Positions 48,814 to 59,376 of a stretch of DNA of 64,000 nucleotides are shown here, piece by piece. The notes under the pieces are model-generated. The model was not told the DNA's origin. It saw nothing but the letters and a program-made list of their open reading frames with translations, and did not search any database. The number at the start of each line of letters is the position of its first letter. The first letter of the stretch is position 1. Source of the stretch: an uncultured Candidatus Peribacteria bacterium (GTDB taxonomy: Bacteria > Patescibacteriota > Gracilibacteria > BD1-5 > UBA2023); the NCBI GenBank assembly GCA_964618565.1, contig CAZUBA010000001.1, forward strand, positions 20,998 through 84,997, written 5' to 3'. A program made the translations under genes and the position numbers.

Positions 48814-49299
48814 ATGAAAAAAAATAAACAGATAATGACATGAGTGTTTCTATTGTCTTTACTGATATTGGTATGAAGATATTGATATGATTATTTTAGG
48901 TATGAAAGGAATGTGACTTCAGAAGAGTATTCAAAAAGGAAGATAGACGAATATAATTTCGAGCAACTGGAAAAGGTGAAAGACTTATTGAAAAATCTGA
49001 AAAGATCTGATAAGGAATTCCTATCATTGAGTGAGTTCAACAAATTATATAATGCTGAAATAAAGCCTATAAAAAATTGCTATTATGTGAAAAATTATGC
49101 AAGTAGCAACAGAGTATTATATAATTTCTGATTCAAGCTAGAATCAGATAAATATAAGGCCAAGTTATGAACTGAAAATTATATATATCCTAAATATGAC
49201 TTGCCTCGTAGTGAAATTTGTATGTGAACAAAGAGCTCTTGCACTGATGCAGCATATAATTATTTTGTTAATACGATATCCAAACCCTGTAAGGATTAG
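48814..49299 (+). CDS. small membrane-anchored Cys-rich protein S2
   Basis: 161 aa: MKKNKQIMTGVFLLSLLILVG...IDEYNFEQLEKVK...PIKNCYYV...YPKYDLPRSEICMGTKSSCTD...ISKPCKD*. Confidence 0.7.
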
Positions 49300-49305
49300 C
49301 TTGAT

Positions 49306-49908
49306 AATATCTACAATTTTAAAGACACTTTCATTTCTCCCAATATATGACTGATAGTACTTTTTGATAATTCTAAAATCTGAACCTATGATTTGCTAAC
49401 GGCTAATTTCCAAGATACTCTAACCTGAACACTATTCCTTTCTTGAATCACATCTTTATCCCAACCACAGAAATATGTATATGATTGGTCTAAAATTAAA
49501 CATGACACAAATGACTCAATATCCTACTAATTAGATACTGATAACGATTGATCATACAATCAGACAAGCATTTTTTCAGCAGTTCCAAAATCCATAAATG
49601 AAAAATGATCAATATCATGATATGTAAAATGAAATACTAATTCATCAATGGCTTGATGGAAAGTTTTCTTAGACTTAAATTGAGATTGAATATTACAAGA
49701 AAATAAAGAGTCTTTCACTACAACAGATAAAAATTGAAACTACACATTCGATAATCTGGAGAAATGAAATTATGTAATTATTGAAATTCCTCATCAGAAC
49801 TGGAATCAAATAAAACCCAAGAAGAAGTACGACTTTTATTTGAATAGCTGACAAAATGTTCTAAATTTCGATCTTGAGAATATTTTCATTAAATGAAAAC
49901 AGAAGTAG
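49306..49908 (+). pseudogene. orphan 3' fragment of an L-family gene (5'-truncated, in-frame TAA at 49528..49530)
   Basis: Starts with no start codon 7 nt after the S2 stop. Encodes ...LFDNSKIGTYDLLTANFQDTLTG...SISY*LDTDNDG...TTDKNGNYTFDNLEKGNYVIIEIPHQNWNQIKP..., collinear with the L1 C-terminus. Confidence 0.65.
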
Positions 49909-49931
49909 ATTACTTTTTAAACCACTAATTT

Positions 49932-50714
49932 ATGATTATTTTGAATTTCTTAAAATCAAATATGCTCAAGAAAATAGTTGCATATTCAGTCATATTAATT
50001 TTATGATTATGTATTATTGGTATCGGATATAGTTTATTATTTGAACAAGATGAAATTGCCATAGATAGATATAATTTTGAGCAGTTAGAGAAAGTGAAGC
50101 CAATACTTGAAAAAATCTCCAAAACAGCTGATAGATTCTACTCTTTGGATGAGTTCAATAAAAAATTTGGCAAAGATATTATACCAAAAAAAAATTGCTA
50201 TTATGTAACCACAGACTTTAATTGAAATTATCCTTTTATCTTCTGATTTCAGCTTGAATCTTTATTATACAAATTTTTATATTTTTGAAAATATTATGCA
50301 TATCCTAAATATGATATGCCTTATAAAAATTTTTGCATATGATGACCTTGATGATGATGCATAGATTGATCAAGACAAATATTCGAAACAACAATATCTC
50401 ACCAATGTCGTTGAGGAATATCATGACAAGTATATAATGATAGGAATAAAAATTGAATAATTGATATTTGAGAAGGAATAATCACAGATATATTTGTATA
50501 TATTGATGACCCAAATATATCTTATAATATAACATTGGTTGATTGAAACGGCTTCTATCAATTTGCAGATATCGATCCATTGATAACTCATAAAATATGA
50601 ATTAAATATCCTGAAAAATACGAAATTACTTCACCTAAAAAATGATATTATGATATCACTCTCAATAGTAGTCCATTTCAATATTGATTAAACTTCCTAA
50701 TCTCTAAAAAGTAA
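49932..50714 (+). CDS. S-family protein S3 fused to a C-terminal SdrD-B-like domain
   Basis: 260 aa. S-type core (...IDRYNFEQLEKVK...KKNCYYV...YPKYDMPYKNFCIGG...ISHQC) runs on without a stop into ...GGISGQVYNDRNKNGIIDIGEGIITDIFVYIDD...VDGNGFYQFADI... An alternative start is the internal ATG (MLKKIVAYS). Confidence 0.6.
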
Positions 50715-51150
50715 ATGCAATACTATCTTGATCTGAGAAAATACTCGGGAACAATTCTACCTCCTTAGAAACTCTCATAATTACCATCACTGAATATATG
50801 ATCTTTCATCCAACTTCTCATCATTTCCAATATCTCAAAATGAGAAGTGATACATCATATTCTTAAAATGGGATACAAATGCTTCTATGACAGAATGGAA
50901 GGTATTTATTGATAAAAATAATGATTGAAAATTGGAAGAAAACTTAGAACCGTTCCAAGTTACAGATGATAAATGATATTACAGATTCGACAATCTGGAG
51001 AAATGAAGCTATATTATAGCTGAGGTGCCACATCAGAATTGGAATTCAATTAAGCCAAATAACAGTAAATATAATTTTTATCTTAATAACTGACAAAGTG
51101 TTATAAATCTCAATTTCGAGAATAATTTCATTAAGTGAAAAAGCAAGTAA
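50715..51150 (+). pseudogene. second orphan 3' fragment of an L-family gene (frame-disrupted, no usable start)
   Basis: Encodes ...GIYDLSSNFSSFPISQNEKGYIIFLKWDTNASMTEWKVFIDKNNDGKLEE...DDKGYYRFDNLEKGSYIIAEVPHQNWNSIKP...KSK*. The upstream part is shifted or deleted relative to L1. Confidence 0.55.
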
Positions 51151-51166
51151 TAATAATTCAAAATCT

Positions 51167-51646
51167 ATGAAAAAATATATACAAGTAATCGCATGAATAT
51201 TAGCACTAATTGTATTGGTTTTAATATGAAAATATTGATACGATTATTATAGATTCGAAAGAAATGTGACCGCAGAAGAACAAGTTAAGAGGAAGATTGA
51301 TGAATATAATTTTGAACAATTAATTAAAGCTAAGCAAATATTATCTAATATTTGAAAAGATGATAAAAAGTTTTTTACACTTAAGGAATTTAATCAAAAA
51401 TATAATGCTAATATAAAACCTATAAAAAATTGTTATTATGTAAGCAATAGCAATTGAGGTAAGCCATATATATTTTGATTTCAATTAGAGTCTGATAAAT
51501 ATAAATCCATATATTGAACGGGATATTATGCTTATCCAAAATATGACCTACCTTATAGTAAAATTTGTTATTGAACCAAGGCATCTTGCCATGATTTTAC
51601 ATATAATATCTACGAACATACTATATCCAATCCATGCGAAGATTAG
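51167..51646 (+). CDS. small membrane-anchored Cys-rich protein S4
   Basis: 159 aa: MKKYIQVIAGILALIVLVLIG...IDEYNFEQLIKAK...PIKNCYYV...YPKYDLPYSKICYGTKASCHD...ISNPCED*. Confidence 0.7.
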
Positions 51647-51733
51647 TGTATTCGTCTTTGATCTGATTAAACAATTCCACCCACCCATCAAACATGCCCA
51701 TTAGTGTTGAGAAAAAACACTTTAAGGCTGCCA
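51647..51733. repeat. junction repeat C (ends in GGCTGCCAAATA, 12-nt match to the tRNA end plus flank)
   Basis: ...CTGATTAAACAATTCCACCCACCCATCAAACATGCCCATTAGTGTTGAGAAAAAACACTTTAAGGCTGCCA, immediately after the S4 stop. Collinear with repeat B. Confidence 0.6.
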
Positions 51734-51750
51734 AATATAATTAACAAGAA

Positions 51751-51773
51751 ATTCTCCTTCGGGAGGATTTTTG
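51751..51773 (+). terminator. short terminator-like hairpin
   Basis: TTCTCC ttcg GGAGGA followed by TTTTT. Confidence 0.4.
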
Positions 51774-51903
51774 GTTAGTTTTGTAAAGAGAAGATAAATA
51801 TATATGCAATTATCACAGTGACAATAAAGCTCATTTATTTGATAATGAGCTAGCTCTTAAGGATATGATTGAGGATTACATTATGCGCAGAATAATACAA
51901 ATA

Positions 51904-52431
51904 TTAACTTATAATATCATTGGCTTTAGTGGAAGTATCATTTTTTACAGAATTTACTCATTCATTGAAATATCTTGAAGGATTTACAATCACTCATTTA
52001 TATATTCATTTTTCTGGATTAATTTCATCAGTCAGGCTATTGAGTCAATCCACTATAGTGTAAAATTTTCCTTCATATTCAAAATATCAATCGAAAGATG
52101 GTATTTGCCTTCAATTTTCCAGTATTTCAGCAAAATGTTTAGTGGGTTTGAAATTCTCTTTAAGTAGCTTTATATCAAAATCTCTATCTTTCTGTGAGGT
52201 GTATTCTAGAATGAAATTATTTCATCAGATATCATAAACTTTCACATATTCGTTGAAGTCTATTTTTTCAGGATCGAAATTAACAAGATTCACTTTTCAT
52301 CTCAACATGTTTTTTATATCATGAGCAAAAACTCAGGTAATTTTCATTTCATGAAAAACTATATCATCTGCCTGATAAGATATAGGGGTGGTTTCTGTAA
52401 GTCATCTTGTGTCTTCTTTCAATATTGTCAT
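51904..52431 (-). CDS. hypothetical protein
   Basis: 175 aa, MTILKEDTRGLTETTPISYQ... The ATG lies 2 nt after the kinase-like gene stop. Confidence 0.55.
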
Positions 52432-52433
52432 TG

Positions 52434-53879
52434 CTACTTTTTAGGAAATAATTTTATTCTCCCGAAATCTATTATATAGATATTTCATTTTTTATCTAGC
52501 ATAATGTTTCAAGGATGTAAATCTCAATGATATAGTCATTGTTTACCTAAATAATCAAAAGCTTTACTCAAATCAGAGCCTCGTCATAACAGTTCTCAAA
52601 GTCTACCTCATGAATAGTCTTCAAGTATCATACTAAGATGATCATCTTTTACATTGAATGCACTCTTTAGATATTCTCTTACTTCCATGTCCGTTACATT
52701 ATTGAGCCTCAAGAATTCCTTTGGATCAAGTTGTTTCTTGTAATAATCAAGAAGAGTTTTTGTATATAAACTTTGTCAGTCTACCTTTTCCATAATGAAG
52801 CATCAATCATCTTTTCATTTATATACATGAGGAGTTCTGATGTTGTCAGGAATTATTCATTCTTCCTTTCCTTGTAATATTTTAGAAGAAAATAAATTAT
52901 GATTCTCAAATTCCTTAACTATATCATCAACTTTTCAGTCTTTTGCTATTTTCAATACTAGTTTCTTATTAGTAGGATGTTTTAGGATGATTGCCTGAGT
53001 TCACTCTCAAACTACATCACTCATTTTGAGATCTTCTCATAAAACTTCTTTGTACTTGTTGAGAAAAGGATATCTTGAATAGACAATTTCACTTTCCTTT
53101 AGTGCTTCCTTTCAGCTTCTAAGCACCACAGATCATCTTTCATTCAAGACAGGCCTCAGCATAATCTTTCATTTATTGCTTATTTTTATCTTATTCAAAG
53201 CCTTTCATAAACTGGATAGGATTTGACTCGACGATAATCATTTGGAAAGCATTCACTGAGGAATTAATGATAGTGCTCTCAGTCATTCTATTCATACAGT
53301 CTTTAAAATCAATATAAGTTTTTTTCAAGCTGAAACGCTTCATTTAAGGAATTCTTCAGCTGTTATATTGATTTCTTCTCAGAATTTAAAGGTAGATGGT
53401 AATCATTTTCAAATTTCCTTCGCTGTTCAGAATGAAGTTAATATTAATATTTTTGCAATATTATCGTTTCAGATAAATTCTTCCAGTTTAGACATTCAAT
53501 TATCCAGTTTTCCTTCAAAATACCTTGAAATATCTCAAGGTCATTTAGTCTCATTAAGGGAATTTATTATCCGTTTTTCATAATAATCTCTCAATGCAGA
53601 AGTATTGGTTCTTGTTTCATCAGTAACTCAATCTTTCAACTCTTTGAGCCTGTGTTCTATTGCATTTCTATCATGATCAACATGATGCAGATAGGACTTT
53701 ACCTTATCAACTAAGGTATTGAATTCTTGAGGCGGGAGTTTTCTTATGCTTTCTTGGTTCAAATAATTAATAGCCATATTCTGTATAGCTTTTCCCCCAT
53801 TTCATCTAATGTCTTTTCAGGTTCTTTCAACAACATCGGTTTTCGATATTTCAGAGTGCCAACTATCGTTATATCACAT
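52434..53879 (-). CDS. protein-kinase-like fold protein with a long N-terminal extension
   Basis: C-terminal half: ...GEGTQAIILKHPTNKKLVLKIAKD... (Gly loop + Lys), ...LYHGDLHPGNIMLDKKGNIYIIDFG... (catalytic loop + DFG). Start is ambiguous: ATG at 53879 (longest ORF) or 53777. Confidence 0.7.
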
Positions 53880-54011
53880 TTATTTATAGATATGCGGTTC
53901 AATTTAAGTAATTTTAACATATATTTTCTGCATTTTCAACTTTGTTATCTTTGACCTGCATTTTACAAATTTTTACTCTTTCTTTTTTCAATCAATTTAA
54001 TCAAATTCATA

Positions 54012-54111
54012 TTTGCTGATAACAAAAACAATTCTACCACTTAACAAATCAACGATAAGTTTAAATATACAAAAAATAAGATTTGAAAATTTTTGTGTGA
54101 CTTGGCGTCCA
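54012..54111. repeat. junction repeat E (decayed copy)
   Basis: TTTGCTGATAACAAAAACAATTCTACC matches the 5' part of repeat A (TTTACTGATAACAAAAACAACTCTACC). About 65 nt downstream, GGCGTCCAATAAAA resembles GGCTGCCAATATAAAA of repeat D. Confidence 0.35.
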
Positions 54112-54213
54112 ATAAAAACTTTCAATATATATTATTAATGAAAATGCTATTATTTGATTAATCTGTCGCAGTATGATAGAGTATATTTAGAAATACATTA
54201 GTTCAATTTATCT

Positions 54214-54978
54214 ATGCATTCAGAAACTAGGGATTATATGCCGGTTGACATAAAGAAGCCTGATAAAGGTTGTTCTATTGATAAATCAAAATCTAAGGAT
54301 GATATTAGTAAGTACAATGCTTCTTTTCAGGATTTCTTTAAATTAGTAGAATGATTTGATAAATTTGGAAAAGCTGAATACATTATCTTTAAAGATATTT
54401 CAAGTTGACCGGTTTTGGTGATTTTCAAAGAAATTCATGATAATGCCGATGTAAAGTTGGATAATTTCAAAGCTTTTACAAAATTTAAGCAGTATTTTAA
54501 TTTTCTCTGAACGGAATGAACAAACAAAGAGGTTGAAGCCATATGAGATATTTTAAAGCTTCAATGAAACGTAAAAAATTCGGTTGATTTTATACTAAAT
54601 TGAAAAGCAAGTTTTTCATCTGTAGCGATTGAAGAATTTTATTGAAGTAATTTAAATACTTGCGGTATAGATTTGGATTGAAAAGATTTAAAAAACCTTT
54701 CTTGATTTAAAATTATACCAAAAATTGCGAAAAAATTTTGAATATCAATCTGAGAAGCAATTGACTGGTGGCATAAAAATGGAAATGATTATGTTATTAG
54801 CCAAAGAAATAATCTTTGGCTTAATAATATTCGTGATATATTGATAACATGAAATAACAATTGAAAAAACTTTGTTCCTTTAATAGCATGAGGGGCTCAC
54901 GCAATTGATCTAAAAGAGAAAGCAGAAAAATATTGATTTAAATGAGTAATAATATTTACTCCAAAATCGTATAAATAA
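54214..54978 (+). CDS. hypothetical protein
   Basis: 254-aa code-25 ORF MHSETRDYMPVDIKKPDKG... No motif recognised. Confidence 0.55.
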
Positions 54979-55146
54979 CAACGCTAGAATAAAAATACAT
55001 AAAGCAGTTAAAAAAATTGAAGATTATCTATACTTTCTAAATGTTCTGTATGTGTCTATAAACTCATACCTTTTGAAAGGCTCTCTATCATCATTTTGTT
55101 TTTTTGTGACATTTATGTTATTATGATTACAACTAATAATCATATC

Positions 55147-56088
55147 ATGTCAGAAAAATTTGAAAAATTTGAAGATGAAGTGGCACGCTGTGTTGATCTG
55201 CTAAAGATAGAAAATCAACAGCTTTTTGAAATTTACATTAAGGCGATTATCAAAAAAGATCCAATTTCTTTAGTGGGGAAGTCAAAAAGACAGCTAAATG
55301 ATTTAAAAAAGAATTACAAACATAAAAATAAAAAAGAATTTCAAAAATTTGCAGATAGTTTGTTTGTCGTTAGATCTGATGATTCACACGATATTTTCAA
55401 GGCACCGATTCATACTTGAAATCAGACTGGCGGGTGATGAAGCATACATGATTTTCTTGTAAAAGCACAAAATTATGTTTATGCGAGCTTTGATCAGATT
55501 CCTAACTATATGACAAGCTACTATTCTTTTATAAACCCTCAAGAAGCTTCAGGTTTTTGAGCTAAAATAAGGTATATTGATGAAAATGAAATAAGATCCA
55601 AAAGCGAGATTGCATTTTGCGATATAGCAAGTTTAGATTTGGCTACGTCTGGTTTAAAAAGAAGGCATTCGCTTCTTGAATCATACTTGAATAATCTTTT
55701 TGATTATAACACTGGAAAAGAGCTTTTAGTCGAATATCTTTCTATAGTTTTTAATGATACTCAGGAGATGAAAGCAGTTATGGATCAATTCAGGGCTCCT
55801 CAATTTTTGCAAAACTGGAATCAATACATGATGTTTGAAAATTTTACGAAAATCATGGATATTCCTTGAATCCCAGAAAATTTGCGAGCTCAAAGAATGG
55901 AAGATATTCATGCAAAAATGATAGAAATTTATGAACAAACTTGAATACTTCCGCCTTTCTGAGCTGAAATAAGAATTCACGATGAAGCTAAATCTGTTAA
56001 TAGGGAAGAGCTTCTTAGGGCAATAAATAAAACAAAATCTAGGTTTTTGGAAATACTCACACTCATTTATCCTTTCTCAAAAAAATAA
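55147..56088 (+). CDS. hypothetical protein
   Basis: 313 aa, MSEKFEKFEDEVARCVDLLK... Track ORFs 55096 and 55639 are in the same frame, joined across TGA codons. Confidence 0.55.
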
Positions 56089-56260
56089 AAATATTCCTCT
56101 TTTATGCTCGATTTTTAATAACAATGTATCACCGCCAATCTCTTTTCATTATCAAATTCTTTGTCCATTTCTTGCTCTTTCCTCATACATTCTTATGGAG
56201 ATGTATCTTTAATTTAAACATCTTTCATAGATTTTAAAATAAATTTTAAGCAAATTTACT

Positions 56261-58090
56261 TTAAATAACTTCCTTGTTATAACAATCCTCACAATAAACT
56301 TTAAATTCTACATTATCATCATATACAGAAAGCATCTCAGACTCACATTTATCACATTTTCTTAGATAAAGTTTTTTTGGCGTTTTTCTTTTTAATCTTT
56401 CCAAATGTCTAATATCTGGATGTATTCTAGGTATTGGCAATCCATATTTTATATAAAACTCTAACTCAGCCTTTATGATTCTAAATGGCCTTCAACTTTT
56501 TTCACAAATTAAGGCCTTTTGTAAAATATCATCTTCAATATCATCTATTCTATCAGGAATATCTATGGCTTGGATTATTTGAATTCAATCTGGAATATTT
56601 ATTTCAACTTCTTTAGTTCTCCATTTAATCTTGATTTTTTCTTCTCATCATAAATCTAGAATTGCTTCAGATATGAATTTATCACTTTCTAAGACATATA
56701 CGATTCATTCTCAATCCTTATCAAATATTTCCTCATTTATAGGTTTTTTGTTTCGATCAAGAAGTATAATTTTGTTAACGGGATACCATTCTAAGGCAAC
56801 TGCATCATTGTAAGGGAATGTTGATAGTAGTGGTGGGAAAAATTCTCACCATCTTCATTCCATTTCTTTAATAATTCTTACTTTTTGCTTTTCCCAATCT
56901 TCTTTTGCCAGTTCTCTATTTAAAATATGATATTGTTTGTTTTGTAATCATTTTGAAAAAATAATATTACTTGAATTATTTATTCCTTGTGAATGAAAAA
57001 CATTATTTGATCTTAAAACGTTTGCTGATGCCAAAACTTTTTGACTCCAGCCCATTCTAATTCAATTATATATTACCTCCATTCAAGCTCAAACAACTCA
57101 AAAACAATCCTTTCAGTCTCACCAGCAGACTAAACTATTTTCTATGCCATTTCATTCAAAACAATAAATAGCTTTTTTTGAATCAGTGATATTATCTCAA
57201 GCTACATTTAGAGAATTCGGATTAAATAGATTCTTATGTATTGTTTTATTTTTAATTCTTTGAAACTCTTTCTCTATTTCCTTTAATCAAGAATAACTTC
57301 TCATTTTTTCTTTAATTTCAGAAAGTTTCTTGTCGTAATCAGCCTTTGAGTATTCCTTATTCAAAATGTGATATTTTTTCCCTGCAAGGTTAAAGGAGAA
57401 TAGGCAATCGGTACAATTTAACAGATCATAAGAAAAATAACAACTAGATGAATCTTTTAAATTTTCACAATAAAAACAATTATCACAATTATTTAAATTT
57501 ATACTTTGATATGCTCTAGTGGTTTTTATGTTAAAAGCTCAGTCAACTATATCTTTACTATAAAAGGCATAATCTGTGTACAATATATCTTCAGACCCAT
57601 AATATACAGATGTGCTTAAATATATATTCTTAGATCATCACACATGATTTGCATATTCAGAATTTTCAGAACCATCATTAACCAACGATTCTTCAGGAAT
57701 TTCACTATTTAATCGTAAAAATTCTTCCCACATTTCATTAACTGAAAGATTTTCAATTTTAACATTATCTTTTATAGAAAAATCCTCTTCTGCCAATTTT
57801 ATAGCTTCAAAAACCTTTCATTCAAAGCTTTCTGGATATCTGCTAACCATAGACTTTCAAGTTTTGTCACTTCTTCTTTTATAAAGATGTCTTTCATTTC
57901 TATAAGCAAATATAGATCTAAAGGTGCAATCAAAACATAATTCGTGTTTATGGTTTACTCATAATTTATCTTCAATATCCTTTTGTAGAGAATAAAAAGC
58001 AAATTCCTCATTACACCACTTACATTTTCTGTATTCTAATATTTGTTCTCAAGTTACTTTTGAGATGTATTCATAAACTTTTTTATCCAT
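56261..58090 (-). CDS. Cys-rich/zinc-ribbon hypothetical protein (single 609-aa ORF)
   Basis: MDKKVYEYISKVTGEQILEYRKCKWCNEEF...CDNCFYCENL...CTDCLFSFN... The C-terminus is ...FRIIKAELEFYIKYGLPIPRIHPDIRHLERLKRKTPKKLYLRKCDKCESEM...YCEDCYNKEVI*. No TAA/TAG between the two apparent halves. Confidence 0.65.
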
Positions 58091-58264
58091 AGATAATCAT
58101 TTATTTTTTGATAATTAATGCGATTATATTTTTTTATATAAAAATGTAAAAATTAAATAGATCATACATAATCACTTTATTTTTTTGATGACGTTTTCTG
58201 TATCATAACCAAAAATATGCCTAAATGACGCCAACACTGGCGATAAAGTTGAAGAACTCCAATT

Positions 58265-58288
58265 CAGGGAGACCCCTGTTTGCTTTTT
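58265..58288 (+). terminator. intergenic terminator-like hairpin (possible end of a small RNA or attenuator)
   Basis: CAGGG agac CCCTG followed by TTTGCTTTTT. Preceded by a second GC-rich hairpin CGCCA acac TGGCG in an otherwise AT-rich spacer. Confidence 0.4.
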
Positions 58289-58375
58289 GATGTAATATAA
58301 ATAAAATCAATTTGAAGATAGTATATTGTTTTATTTTTAATATTAAATACTTAATCCCTAATAATAATAGTGAAC

Positions 58376-59308
58376 ATGGAAAAATGATTCTTGAATGCAG
58401 AACAATACAAAAATCTACAAGATAGCTATCCCATCCTTTTTGAAAATGTCCATAGAAAACAATTAATTGATGCGCTTAAACATAATAATAGAAGATTGAT
58501 GTCATGGATTCCAAAGGCGGTCTTAAAGGAAGATGATTATTTTTGAGATGAGAATAGGGTATTATTTAAACATACTAGATATATTTGAAAAGCTGTTTTG
58601 AAAATTCTCAAATTACAATGAACTGAAGTTGATATTCAAGAAAATATATGACTTCTTGTACTTACGGAAATTTCAAAACAATGATACTCTAGTGAAATAT
58701 GGAGAAGCTGCGATTCAAAATACGTATATGAATACAATCTTATGACTCATTGAGATACCATTATTTCAAACTACGACACAGAACAATCCACTGAATGACA
58801 TCTTTCATTTCATCAAGATATATCACCGCTTATAGAAACCTTCATGCATTATATTAAAGCTATAGATGTTAATCTTGATAACACCCTTAAAAAATGGAAC
58901 TGGGAAGAAGTTTTTTTGGATTGCAGGTGAAATCCATGGAAATGAAATTCAGGAATTCCTCCTTATTGACATGAATCTTTATGTAAGTGAATCTTATATA
59001 GCCTTGGCAGTAAGATTCCTGCTAATGTAGCAGAAATAGATCCCGAGAGTATCGGATTTAGCTTATCAAATAGAAGACAATGTTTTCCTGTTATTGAAAA
59101 TTGAAGTCTTTGCTTTTATATTGAAGATAAGCAGTGAGATGTAGAAATATGAAGATATGGCAAATTTTCTAGGCAATTCATTATTAACCGAGAAGATATG
59201 GAAAAGATGTTTTTGGCTATGTGTAAATATATTGCCAGATCAAGCATTGATTTGCCTAAATTGATTTGTAAGCATTTTCCAGAATACTATAAAAGTATTT
59301 GAAAATAA
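58376..59308 (+). CDS. hypothetical protein
   Basis: 310-aa code-25 ORF MEKGFLNAEQYKNLQDSYPILFEN... No motif recognised. Confidence 0.55.
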
Positions 59309-59376
59309 TTATTTTTTAAAAATCTTATATTGATTGAATTATTCGGAATTAAGATATAAGGCCAGTCAAGATTCTT

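Noticed and set aside
53915-53962. ATG near 53960 (MQVKDNKVENAENIC*) and the overlapping MLKLLKLNRISINK... ORF as upstream genes or starts for the kinase-like CDS.
   Set aside because: Both frames terminate after 15 and 58 codons respectively, and neither is in frame with the kinase-like ORF.
56261-57055. Apparent separate 264-aa gene starting at ATG 57055 (MGWSQKVLAS...).
   Set aside because: The frame is continuous with the upstream ORF starting at 58090 (...GAGMEVIYNGIRMGWSQ...) with no stop between them. It is called as one 609-aa CDS.
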